Origin: Candidatus Aminicenantes bacterium
GTDB taxonomy: Bacteria; Acidobacteriota; Aminicenantia; Aminicenantales; Saccharicenantaceae
Length of the DNA: 64,000 nt
Direction: 5' to 3'
NCBI GenBank assembly: GCA_963796835.1
Contig: CAWCND010000015.1
Location: 101,386 to 165,385 of the forward strand
Part shown: in pieces, positions 30,670-40,382 of the stretch
How the letters are laid out: the number at the start of each line of letters is the position of its first letter
Numbering within the stretch: the first letter of the stretch is position 1
Notes under the pieces: generated by a model
The model's input: the letters and a program-made list of their open reading frames with translations, nothing else
Database searches by the model: none
Told to the model about the DNA's origin: nothing
Position numbers and translations under genes: made by a program

Positions 30670-30769
30670 ATCGATGACTCCTTGATGAACGTTCTGGCCG
30701 GGAGCTTCCCTCCCCTGACATCAACCGGGAAAATACCAGAAAAACGGGAAAACCGCAAGTTCGCCCAAT

Positions 30770-30941
30770 GAATTACGGTGACACTCAACTCATCACCGAA
30801 TTGCCATCCCTGTCCTGTCCAGTTGGCAGCAATTCAGTGACGCACGAATAGTTGCCGGCAAGGTGCGTCGCCGAAATTCTGTAGCAGAGGTGCCGCCGCC
30901 GCCAGCATGAATTAAGGGATTTAGTTGTGTGTCACCGAAAT
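30770..30941. repeat. REP/MITE-like element 1: outer inverted arms plus an inner degenerate inverted pair
   Basis: Outer arms CGGTGACACTCAACT (30776-30790) and AGTTGTGTGTCACCG (30923-30937) match at 14/15. Inner pair CAGTGACGCAC / GTGCGTCGCCG at about 30835-30874. Confidence 0.7.
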
Positions 30942-30952
30942 ATTGGTACAAT
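30925..30952 (+). promoter_or_regulatory. Putative sigma70 promoter of mntH (-35 TTGTGT inside the repeat arm; extended -10 TGgTACAAT)
   Basis: TACAAT at 30947-30952 with TG upstream; TTGTGT 16 bp upstream. Confidence 0.4.
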
Positions 30953-30964
30953 ATCCATCCCAAC

Positions 30965-32229
30965 ATGTCTCTCTACGACCGCTTCAGGAGCCACGCCAGC
31001 CGACGGGAAGCGTTCGCCTTTCTCCGTTACATCGGCCCCGGGCTCCTCGTGACCGTGGGATTCATCGACCCCGGCAACTGGGCCTCGAACATCGCCGGCG
31101 GGCGCCGTCCACGGCTACGCCCTCCTGTGGGTGGTCACCCTCGGGACGCTCATGCTCATCGTCCTCCAGCACAACGTGGCCCACCTCGGGATCGCCACCG
31201 GGCTCTGCCTCTCGGAGGCGACGACCCGGTATATCCGCCCCATCCCGGCCCGGCTCATCCTCGGGAGCGCGGTCCTGGCCTCGGTCTCCACGGCCCTGGC
31301 CGAGATCCTGGGCGCGGCCATCGGCCTCCGCATGCTCTTCCCCGGCCTCCCTCTCCAGGCCGGGGCCGTCCTGGCCACGGCGTTCGTCCTGGTCATGCTC
31401 TTCACCAACTCCTACCCGAAGCTCGAGAAGTGGATCATCGCCTTCGTCTCGCTCATCGGCCTGGCTTTCCTCTACGAGCTCGTTCTCGTCCACGTCCCCT
31501 GGGGCAAGGTGGCCGTCGCCTGGGTCCGTCCGGAATTCCCGCCCGGCTCGATGCCTCATCATCATGAGCGTTCTCGGGGCCGTGGTCATGCCTCACAACC
31601 TCTTCCTCCACTCGGAGATCATCCAGAGCCGGCAGTGGAACCTCGAGGACGAAAAGGTCATCCGGCGGCAGCTCAAGTTCGAGTTCACCGACACGCTCTT
31701 TTCCATGGGCGTCGGCTGGGCCATCAACAGCGCCATGATCATCATCGCCGCGGCGACCTTCTTCGGGAAAACGGTGGTCACGGAGATCGAACAGGCCCAC
31801 GACATGCTCGGGCCCCTCGTCGGCGGGACGGCGGCCCTGGTCTTCGCCCTCGCCCTGATCCTCGCGGGCCTCGCCTCCACGGTGACGGCGGGCATGGCCG
31901 GGAGCACCGTTTTCGCCGCCTTCTTCGGCGAGCCCTACGACATCAGGGACTTCCACTCGAAGGTCGGCGTCGGCCTGATCCTTGTCGCGGCGACGGCCGG
32001 GATCTTCCTCATCGGCGACCCGTTCAAGGCCCTGCTCCTGTCCCAGATGCTCCTCAGCGTTCAGCTCCCGATCACGATCGTCACCCAGATCCGCCTGACA
32101 TCGTCCTCGGCCGTCATGGGGAAATACGCGAACGCTCCCCTTCTCAGGATCGTCCTCTGGGTTGTGGCGGCGGTCGTTATCGCCCTGAACCTGATGCTCT
32201 TCCGGAGCCTTATTCTCTCTCTATTCTGA
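30965..32229 (+). CDS. mntH: Nramp family Mn2+/divalent metal transporter; frameshifts near 31105 and 31555
   Basis: GFIDPGNWASNIAGG; VMPHNLFLHS; MAGS; LLLSQMLLSVQLP. Confidence 0.9.
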
Positions 32230-32441
32230 CATTCCGGGCCGAGACCGGGAACCGGATCCCTTCCCGGCGGAAGGTCTGCGATTCAGCTGCCCACATCGGC
32301 GGGCCCTCCTGAGACGTTTTTTTATTGTCGTTCCACTCCTCGCGGGAGCTTTTTTGAGCACCCTTATCTTATCATAGAGTCCGGCTTGATGGGGTCCGCA
32401 TCTTGTGTTAAAATTCAACTGTTCTTTGTGGGAGGCAAAAG

Positions 32442-34004
32442 ATGGAAAATCCCGGCGTCAATATGGTTCCAAATAAAGAGGCTCAGGCCCCGCTCCCGCC
32501 CAAGGAGTCGAAGCTCCCGGATGTCCGGAAAGCCTTTCTCTCAGCCATGCTCAGGGCGACCGCCTGGGCGGCCCCGGGCCTGGCCAGACTCGGATTCGTC
32601 CGGAAGGCGTTGGTCCGGGCGCTCGAGAAGAATCTTCTCCGGGAGCGCATGGGCACGGCCGAAAGGCGCACGAGGCCGGCCCGCATCATCGAGGACAGGC
32701 TAGATATGACCATGGCCATCTTCAGGACCATCGAGAGGGCCCTGGCCGCGAATAGCCTCAGCAAGGCCGCGATCCGGGGGGTCATCAAGAACCTGGCCCG
32801 CGACGTCATGCTCAATAAGGGAGAGCCGACGGTCCGGGCCCGGTTCATGGAAACTTACGGGACCCGGCCGCCGGAGATCCTCCTCATCAGCCCGACGAAG
32901 TTCTGCAACCTCAATTGCACAGGATGCTACGCGGATTCGACGGCCGTCAACGAGAAGCTGAGCTGGCCGGTCCTGGACCGCCTCGTCAACGAGGTCCGCA
33001 CTCTCTGGGGGGGCCGTTTCGTCGTCTTCAGCGGGGGCGAACCGCTGGCCTACAGGGACGAGGGGCACGGCGTCATGGACCTCGCCGAGAGCCACCCCGA
33101 CGTCTTTTTCATGATGTATACGAACGGGACGCTCATCGACGACGAGACCGCCCGCCGGATGGCCAAGATGGGCAACCTCATGCCGGCGATCTCGATCGAG
33201 GGGATGAAGGAGAGGACGGACGCCCGCCGCGGGGACGGAGTCTTCGACCGGATCATCGCGGCCATGGAGCGCCTTCGCCGGGAGAAGGTCCTCTTCGGCG
33301 TGTCCATCACCGCGACGAAGGACAACGTCGAGGAGATCCTCTCGGACCCGGTCATCGACTTCTACTTCAATAAGATGGGCGCCCACTTCGCCTGGGTGTT
33401 CCAGTACATGCCCATCGGGAGGGCCATCACCCTGGACCTCCTGCCTACGCCCGAGCAGCGCCTCTGGATGTGGAAGCGCTCGTGGGAGCTCATCAAGGAC
33501 CGGCAGATCTACGTCTCGGACTTCTGGAACGGCGGAACGGCGGCCATGGGCTGCATCGGCGCCGGCCGGGCCGGCGGCTACATGGCCATCGTCTGGAACG
33601 GGGATGTCGTCCCCTGTGTCTTCATGCCCTATTCCCCGGTCAACGTCAACACGGCCTACGCCGAAGGAAAGACGCTGAACGACATCTGGGACAATTCGTT
33701 CTTCCACAGGGTCCGGGAATGGCAGAAAGACTACGGTTACGACAAAAAATACGGAGAAAGCAAGAACATCAGGAATTGGATGATGCCCTGTCCCATGCGC
33801 GACCACTTCGAAGAGTTCCAGCCCGTGCTCCAGCAGTACCGGCTCCATCCCATCGACGAAAACGCCGGCGCGGCCCTGACCGACCCGGAGTACCGCAAGG
33901 GGATCATCGAGTACAACCGGGCCGTGGCCAAGCTCCTCGACCCGATCTGGGAAAAAGAATACATGGATCCGGACTACAAGATCTCTCCCAAGGAGCCGCG
34001 ATGA
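32442..34004 (+). CDS. Radical SAM protein with N-terminal helical extension and SPASM/Twitch-like C-terminus
   Basis: CNLNCTGC (CxxxCxxC); FSGGEP; YTNGTLID; DFWNGG..GCIGAGR..NGDVVPCVF..PCPMRD. Confidence 0.92.
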   Translation: MENPGVNMVPNKEAQAPLPPKESKLPDVRKAFLSAMLRATAWAAPGLARLGFVRKALVRALEKNLLRERMGTAERRTRPARIIEDRLDMTMAIFRTIERALAANSLSKAAIRGVIKNLARDVMLNKGEPTVRARFMETYGTRPPEILLISPTKFCNLNCTGCYADSTAVNEKLSWPVLDRLVNEVRTLWGGRFVVFSGGEPLAYRDEGHGVMDLAESHPDVFFMMYTNGTLIDDETARRMAKMGNLMPAISIEGMKERTDARRGDGVFDRIIAAMERLRREKVLFGVSITATKDNVEEILSDPVIDFYFNKMGAHFAWVFQYMPIGRAITLDLLPTPEQRLWMWKRSWELIKDRQIYVSDFWNGGTAAMGCIGAGRAGGYMAIVWNGDVVPCVFMPYSPVNVNTAYAEGKTLNDIWDNSFFHRVREWQKDYGYDKKYGESKNIRNWMMPCPMRDHFEEFQPVLQQYRLHPIDENAGAALTDPEYRKGIIEYNRAVAKLLDPIWEKEYMDPDYKISPKEPR

Positions 34005-34849
34005 AGCTTACGACGACCGCGGGCCCGGTTGGGCTCGCCCTCGCCGCGATGCTCTCCCTTCAAACTGCGGCCCCGGCCCGGCAGCAACCGCCGCCCGCCC
34101 GGACGGAGGTCCCGGGCGTCGAGGAGCGGACCGGCAGGTACGCCATCAGCGCCCATCTTTTCATCCTCGGGAACCTGGGCAAAGTCGGCTCAATGACGAT
34201 CGAATCGGCCCTCCGGCCGAACGGCGGGCGGCTGGAGAAGTCGCTCCGCCTGGCGGGCGCCTCGAACGAGACCCAGATCAAGAAGAACAGGGATTATCGC
34301 GGCGATTTCAGCCAGCTCAAGGTCTTCCCCCTGAGGCCCGATGGGTCCATCGACACGGAGGCCGCCGCGGAGTGGCGGGGCTTCGAAAGCTCCTCGTCAG
34401 GCTCCCTGAAACTCAACAAGAAAATCCAGGCGGAAAAGATCGTGTTCTTCCGGGACCACGCCGTCTCGGACCGGGAGAACGGGACGGAAAAGCGGGTCGA
34501 AGGCAGCTACGACTCCATCCTCTCGCCGCTCGAATACATGATGGACCATGACCTCAAGGTCGGCCAGGTCTTCGAAACGCCCTTCCTCCTGAACGGCGTC
34601 CCGCGCGTCTTCCGGTGCGAGGTCAGCGACCTCGACACCTTCGACGAGTACCCGGCCCGGGCTTATCGCGTCGATATCTGGGCGGTCGAAAAGACCGCGG
34701 GCGCCGACAAGGCGTCCAAGGACGTCTGGAGGAAGAAGGGCAACGTCCGCGTCTGGTTCTGCAAGGACGGCCCTTATCGGAACGAGATGCTGCAGATGCA
34801 GATCAAGTTCCGCTGGTATCTCTGGCTCTATTTCGACCTAAAAAAATAA
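34001..34849 (+). CDS. Exported hypothetical protein (DUF3108-like topology), translationally coupled to the radical SAM gene
   Basis: ATGA overlap at 34001-34004; signal peptide; beta-rich; ends VRVWFCKDG...MQIKFRWYLWLYFDLKK. Confidence 0.65.
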   Translation: MKLTTTAGPVGLALAAMLSLQTAAPARQQPPPARTEVPGVEERTGRYAISAHLFILGNLGKVGSMTIESALRPNGGRLEKSLRLAGASNETQIKKNRDYRGDFSQLKVFPLRPDGSIDTEAAAEWRGFESSSSGSLKLNKKIQAEKIVFFRDHAVSDRENGTEKRVEGSYDSILSPLEYMMDHDLKVGQVFETPFLLNGVPRVFRCEVSDLDTFDEYPARAYRVDIWAVEKTAGADKASKDVWRKKGNVRVWFCKDGPYRNEMLQMQIKFRWYLWLYFDLKK

Positions 34850-34971
34850 GGGCGGCATCGAAGCCATCCTTATCCCCCGGCCCCCCGGGAACCTGTCCCG
34901 GTTCCCCCGTCGGAAATCCCGCCGGGTCCCCCTCCAAACGGGGGCTTTCGGACGGCCTCGATGCCGCCCTT
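34848..34971. repeat. 124-bp element bounded by 22-bp inverted repeats
   Basis: AAGGGCGGCATCGAAGCCATCC (34848-34869) against GGACGGCCTCGATGCCGCCCTT (34950-34971), 20/22 complementary. Confidence 0.7.
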
Positions 34972-35077
34972 CTCCCTGGCCAGGCGGTTTAAACTTACCG
35001 AAGCGTCAGGAGCGACGCGAGGATGGACGGGGACGCACCGCGACGGGACCCGTCCGACAGGGAGCGGATTCCTTTTT

Positions 35078-38020
35078 TTATTTCGCTTCGGCCGGGGGCT
35101 TGGGCCGGCCGAGGTCCAGGCTCCGGTAGTTCATGGCGGCGTTGAAGAGGAGGCAGAAGCTCCCGAAAGTCTGCTGCCGCCACATGGGGTTGATGGCGAA
35201 GAAGACGACATGCCCCTTGCCCACCGGGACGTCCACGACGGCCGGCTTCCCGGCCAGCTCTTCCCCGCCCTCGCAGAGCCCCGAAACGAGGAGCTTGTCG
35301 GCCGTGTCGAAGCGCATGATGGCCCGGATCGTCTTAATGTCGGGCGGCATGTAGAGGTCGAAGAGGTCCTTGTACTCGGGGGGGATCCCCGTCCCGAGGC
35401 CCCCGCCCTTCTCCGCTTTCTGGGCCCTGCCCTGGACGACGTCGGGGTCCTTGAGACCGCCGCGGCCCGACGGCCGGCCGGCGGCCTCCCCTCCCCCGCC
35501 GGTGAGATCCGAGATGTCGGCGCCGATCACGGCCTTCAGGCCGGTCTCGAGGACCGGGCCGCCGCTGAAATAAACGCCGAGGTTCCGGTCGTAGCCGTAG
35601 CCGATGGGGCTCTGGAGGTCCGTGATGTTCGCGCTGAGGACCGAGCCGATGACCTTGAGCTTCTTGGGTTGGACGACGGCGACGCTCTCCACGATGCCGT
35701 AATCGATGGGGAGCTCGGCCATCCCGGCGATCGGGATGAACAGCCCGCCTGCCTCGAGGAACCGCTCGAGATGGAGGATCCCCTTGAGCTCGATGCCGCC
35801 GCGGATGTCGTCCCTCCCGTCCGGCGTTCCGAGGTTCGGGTATTTCTCGCTCTTCTTGTAAGGGATGGGTTCGGCGCCGCCGATGCCGTTGACCACCCTC
35901 TGGGACTTGCCCAGCATCCCCGCCGGCGGGAAGATGATGACGTCGTACTTGGACTTGAGGTCCTCGGTGTCCCGGATCTCCTGGACCGGAATGTAGGCGT
36001 AAGGGATCCCCAGGCTGTCCAGGGCCAGCCGGAACCAGCCTTCTTCCTGGGTGTCCAGCCAGGAATGGACGATGGCGAGCCGGGGCGCGTCGAGGTCGTG
36101 GGTCTTGACGTCGGGCTTGGCCGCGAGCCCGTAGGCCATGAGCCCGAGGTCCCCGCAGGCCTTAGCCAGCATGTCCTCGAGCCCGGCCGGATTCCCGTCG
36201 CGGGGGATGATGAAGCTCCCGGCATTGAATTTCGCCTGGCCCTGGGTGAAGCCGTCCTCGGCCGCCAGCATCTTGACGTCCTTGAGGCGGTAGCGGAAGG
36301 CCATGAGCTCGGGCTCGGCCGTGTGGTTGATGGCGAAGGCCACGGCCTTCTCTTTCCCCATGACTTTCCCTTCGATGGCGACGTCCTTCTTCAAGACCGT
36401 CATGGGCGCGTCCAGAATCTTGGCGTCCGTGACGCGGACGGTCCTGACGTTGTGGAGCGGCCCCAGCGTCCAGCCGGTGTCGTCGTAGGGGCGCGGGTCC
36501 TGGGGGTTGTAGTACTGCGTGTCGAGGAGCATGTCGGCGCAGCGGCTGTAGGGCTGATCCATCCGGATGATGTAGCTCCCCGCGGGATACTTGTCCTGGC
36601 CGAGCGCGACTTCGCCGTTGGCCGTGTGGACCTCGACCCCGTCCTTCCGGAGCAGGTTGACCAGCCGGGCCGCGGCCAGGGGCCGCTTCGTGTCCGAAGG
36701 GATGACATAGGCGGCCGGGCCTTCGGTCCGGGCCTTGGCCACGGACCGTTTGCCCTTGAGATAGAAGTCATCGAGGAACTTTTCTCTCCCGGCCGCCACG
36801 TGCCCGAAGGACAGGAGGAGGGCGCTTTCCATGATGTTCGTGTTGTTGCGGAAGGACCACTTGACCGACTCGAGGGGCGGGTTGGGACGGTACCAGGCCC
36901 GCTTGGATTCGGCGGCCACGGGCCGGACCATCGTGTCCGCGCCGGTCCCGCCGAAGGTTTCGTAGAACCGGCCGACCGAGTTGTGGAACAGGGCGACGAA
37001 GAACTCGTAGTTGGCGGCCCAGCCGTCATAAAACCCGTGGGTCCAGACGCCGGGCACGCCGCGCCGGGTCATGCCGCTGATCTCGTTATCGGCGAGCTCC
37101 TGCCATTCGTCGATCGTGATCGGGTCGAGCCAGGCGTTGTAAGGCCCCGTCCCCGTCGAGATGTAGAGATAGGGGACGGATTCGTGGAGGTCGTGCATGA
37201 TGACCGGGTGCCATTCGAAATAGGCCTGGAGGAGGTTCCCGGTGAGCTTCAGCCCGAGGCCGATGGCGTCGCGGTTGTTGTCATGAAGGACGTATTTCCC
37301 CCAGTAAATGGGAGGGATGGTCTTCTTGTCCTTGTTGTCCTTTTTATAGAGATAGGAATCCACGGCCTTGTCCCAGCCGTCCACTTCGAGGATGGGGGTC
37401 ATGAGGACGATCATGTTGTGGCGGATGGACGTGATCGCATCGGAGTCCTCGACGGCCAGGCGGTAGGCCAGCTCCATCATCATCTCCGGGGAGCCGCATT
37501 CCGTGGAATGGAGCCCGCCCGTGATCCAGTAGATGGGGAGGCCTTCGGCGACGAGCTTGGCCGCGTCCTCGTCCTTGAGGCCGCGGGGGTCGGCCAGGCG
37601 CGCCATGATCTCCTTGAGCCGGCCGAGCCGGGCCATGTTCTCGTCGGAGGAGACGGCGACGGCGATCATCTCGCGGCCTTCGTCCGTCGGCCCGAGGGAA
37701 AAGACCTGGACCCGCGGCGTCGCCGCGGCCAGGGCCCGGAAGTACTTATAGATGTCGGCCGAATGGTCGAGGATGTCGGGGGCGCCGGAGATGTGCCCGA
37801 GGACCTTGAGGGGCGAGGGCACCGTCCCGGAGGCGGGCAGGTGATCGACGAGCTCGGTTAGGAAGAATTTTTCCGTGGTGTATTCGAGGATCTTGGCGGT
37901 GTAGTCCTTGTCGGCGGGCTGGCCGGGCTGCTGCGCCGGCGCCTGGGGCGCGGCGGCGGCAAGGGCCAGGGCCAGGGAGAGCAGGATGACCAGACGGCGT
38001 GGCTTAAAGCGGGAAGACAT
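35078..38020 (-). CDS. M14 family zinc carboxypeptidase (large secreted type)
   Basis: Signal peptide; GLHSTECGSPE; HDNNRD; MHDLHE; C-terminal glutamine amidotransferase-like region. Confidence 0.9.
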   Translation of the reverse strand: MSSRFKPRRLVILLSLALALAAAAPQAPAQQPGQPADKDYTAKILEYTTEKFFLTELVDHLPASGTVPSPLKVLGHISGAPDILDHSADIYKYFRALAAATPRVQVFSLGPTDEGREMIAVAVSSDENMARLGRLKEIMARLADPRGLKDEDAAKLVAEGLPIYWITGGLHSTECGSPEMMMELAYRLAVEDSDAITSIRHNMIVLMTPILEVDGWDKAVDSYLYKKDNKDKKTIPPIYWGKYVLHDNNRDAIGLGLKLTGNLLQAYFEWHPVIMHDLHESVPYLYISTGTGPYNAWLDPITIDEWQELADNEISGMTRRGVPGVWTHGFYDGWAANYEFFVALFHNSVGRFYETFGGTGADTMVRPVAAESKRAWYRPNPPLESVKWSFRNNTNIMESALLLSFGHVAAGREKFLDDFYLKGKRSVAKARTEGPAAYVIPSDTKRPLAAARLVNLLRKDGVEVHTANGEVALGQDKYPAGSYIIRMDQPYSRCADMLLDTQYYNPQDPRPYDDTGWTLGPLHNVRTVRVTDAKILDAPMTVLKKDVAIEGKVMGKEKAVAFAINHTAEPELMAFRYRLKDVKMLAAEDGFTQGQAKFNAGSFIIPRDGNPAGLEDMLAKACGDLGLMAYGLAAKPDVKTHDLDAPRLAIVHSWLDTQEEGWFRLALDSLGIPYAYIPVQEIRDTEDLKSKYDVIIFPPAGMLGKSQRVVNGIGGAEPIPYKKSEKYPNLGTPDGRDDIRGGIELKGILHLERFLEAGGLFIPIAGMAELPIDYGIVESVAVVQPKKLKVIGSVLSANITDLQSPIGYGYDRNLGVYFSGGPVLETGLKAVIGADISDLTGGGGEAAGRPSGRGGLKDPDVVQGRAQKAEKGGGLGTGIPPEYKDLFDLYMPPDIKTIRAIMRFDTADKLLVSGLCEGGEELAGKPAVVDVPVGKGHVVFFAINPMWRQQTFGSFCLLFNAAMNYRSLDLGRPKPPAEAK

Positions 38021-38097
38021 GGGAAGACCTCCTCCTCAAGGGCGGTTCAAAATCATCGGGATTATACTACGGATCCGGAGCCGCGGGGTTCAATTTT

Positions 38098-40200
38098 TTA
38101 GGCGCACTTGCTCCAGCCGCAGTTCGTGCAGACCGGGCACTTCTCGTCGGGGAGGAGGGCCCCGCAGATCTTGCAGCGGACCGTGTAGAAGTCCTTGGCG
38201 TTGTGCCGGACCTCGCCGAAGTGCTTCTCCAGGACCTTGGCGATCGCGTCCGGGATGGACTGGACGAGCCCGCCCTCGGTGAAGATGGGCTCGGAGCCGC
38301 CGATCCCCTTGAGCTGGCTGGATGACCTCCTCGGCCTCGACGCCCGCTCCGGAGGGCGAGCGAGATGAGCCGGCCCAGGGCCTCGGCGTCGGCCATGGTC
38401 GAGTAGCCGCTCTTGCCGATCGAGGCGAAGACCTCGAACGGCTTCTGGTTGTGGAAGGAGATGGTCACGTAGAGGTTGCCGAAGCCCGTCTTGATCTTGT
38501 CGGTGATGGAGGGCAGCGAGGTCGGCCGGCTCCTGCGGGTGCACGATCTCGGTCGCCGTTCCTTGTTGAGGACCTGGCTCTCCCGGCATGCCGTCGCGGT
38601 AGATCGTGATGCCCTTGGTCCCCAGGTCGCAGGCCAGGAGGATAGGCCTTCTCCACGTCCTCGACCGTCGCCTCGTGGGGGAAGTTGATGGTCTTGGACA
38701 CGGAGTTGTCGACGTGCTTCTGGAAGGCCGCCTGCGTCCGGACGTGCCACTCGGGCGAGATCTCGTGGGCCGTAAGGAAATACTCGGGGAGCGGCTTGTC
38801 GGGGTTCTTGCGCCTTCCATTCCCCGTAGATCGGGTGGACGTCCTTGAGCTCGGAATCGAGGATCTTGAGACGAACTCGAAGGCGAAGACCGGCTCGATC
38901 GAGGACGAGCAGCCGGCGATGCGGGAGATCGTCCCGGTCGGGGCGATGGTGAAGACCGTCGCGTTCCGCATCTTCCGGCCCTTGTAAACCGACCGGCCGA
39001 TGTTCGGGAAGCTCCCCCGCTCCCCGGCCAGCCCGCCGACGCGGCCACGGCCTCCTTGCGCAGGAAGGCGGCGAGCTTCTCGGCCAGGGCCAGGGCTTTC
39101 GGCGAGTCGTAGCGGATCTTCATCAGGAAGAGGAGGTCGGCCCAGCCCATGACCCCGAGCCCGATCCGGCGGTTGCCCGCGTCGTCTGCCTCGATCTGGG
39201 GCAGCGGGTAGCGGTTGACCTCGATGACGTCGTCGAGGAAGCGGACGCCGAGCCGGATCGTCCGGCCGAACCTGCTCCCAGTCGAACGAGTCCTCCTGGC
39301 TGGGCGTCGAAGAAGTTGGCGAGGTTGATCGGACCCGAGGTTGCAGGACTCGAAGTCGTGGAGGGGCTGCTCGCCGCAGGGGTTCGTGGCATGGATGGGG
39401 CCGAGGCCCGCCGTCGGGTTGCTCCGGTTGACCCGGTCGATGAAGATCAGGCCGGGGTCGCCCACGGCCCAGGCCGATTCGACGATGAGCTGGAAGACCT
39501 TGCCGGGCGTCCTGCCGGCCGGCGACTTTCTTGCGAGTAGCGGGTCGAAGATGCTCGTAGGGAGCCGCCCGCCTTGACGGCGTCCATGAAGGCGTCCGTG
39601 GCGGCGACCGAGATGTTGAAGTTGCGCGACGCTCTTGCCGTCCGAGCTTCATCTGGATGAACTCCTCGATGTCGGGGTGGTCGACCCGGAGGATGCCCAT
39701 GTTGGCGCCGCGTCGGGTGCCGCCCTGCTTGACGGCCTCGGTCGCGGCGTCGATGACCGGAGGAACGACACCGGGCCGGAGGCGACGCCCTGGGTCTTGC
39801 TGGACGAAGCTCCCCCGGGGCCGGAGCCGGCTGAAGTCGAAGCCCGTGCCTCCGCCCTCCTTGTGGACGAGGGCGGCGTTCTTGACGGTCTCGAAGATCG
39901 AGTCGAGCGAGTCCTCGATGGGCAGGACGAAGCAGGCGCTCAGGCACATGTCCCGGCCGGCGCCGGTCAGGGTCGGGCTGTTCGGCAGGAAGTCGCGGGC
40001 CATCATGGCCCGAAGAACTCCTGGCCCAGTTTCTCGCGGTCGGCCTTGGGTCTTCTCGGCCGAGGCGATATGGGCCGGCGACGCGGCGGAACAGGTCGGA
40101 GGGGGCCTTGTCGAGGAAATCGCCCTTTTCGTTCTTCAGGAAGTAGCGGGCCTTGAGGATGCTTCAGGGCGTTTTCAGAGAATCCGGCAGTTTCAGTCAT
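38098..40200 (-). CDS. nrdJ: Class II (adenosylcobalamin-dependent) ribonucleotide reductase with TSCPD domain and Zn ribbon; multiple frameshifts
   Basis: FLPNSPTLTGAGR; CFVLPIEDS; GGGTGFDFSRLRP; RRGANMG; TNPCGEQPL; CNLGS; RIGLGVMG; TIAPTGTIS; KHVDNSVSKTIN; C-terminal CKIC..CTNCGWSKC. Confidence 0.9.
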
Positions 40201-40382
40201 CGCGTCCTCTCTATTGGGCCTATCAAAAGGGGGATAAAATTATAATCCTGCGGAGGCGTTTTTTCAACAATTTGACGACGAGGGGCCAAAGGCGGAAGAT
40301 GGATGCGGCAATGAAGAATCGTCGCCACCCTGCATCAAATCTCGTCCCGGGCGAGTTTAAAGGATTGGAAGGGAGAATTGCT

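Noticed and set aside
30670-30964. yybP-ykoY Mn riboswitch upstream of mntH
   Set aside because: The conserved aptamer motifs were not recognised, and the region is explained by the inverted-repeat element.
32240-32330. GCTGAATC on the minus strand resembling the ydaO/c-di-AMP riboswitch
   Set aside because: The remaining consensus blocks are absent and there is no downstream gene on that strand.
34848-35070. 6S RNA or SRP RNA
   Set aside because: GGCGGCATC lies at the wrong end for 6S geometry and there is no SRP helix-8 motif; the segment is kept only as an unclassified structure.
39657-40382. N-terminal 240 aa of track ORF 39657..41243
   Set aside because: It is antisense to nrdJ; the real gene starts at GTG 40383 with an SD and a lipobox.
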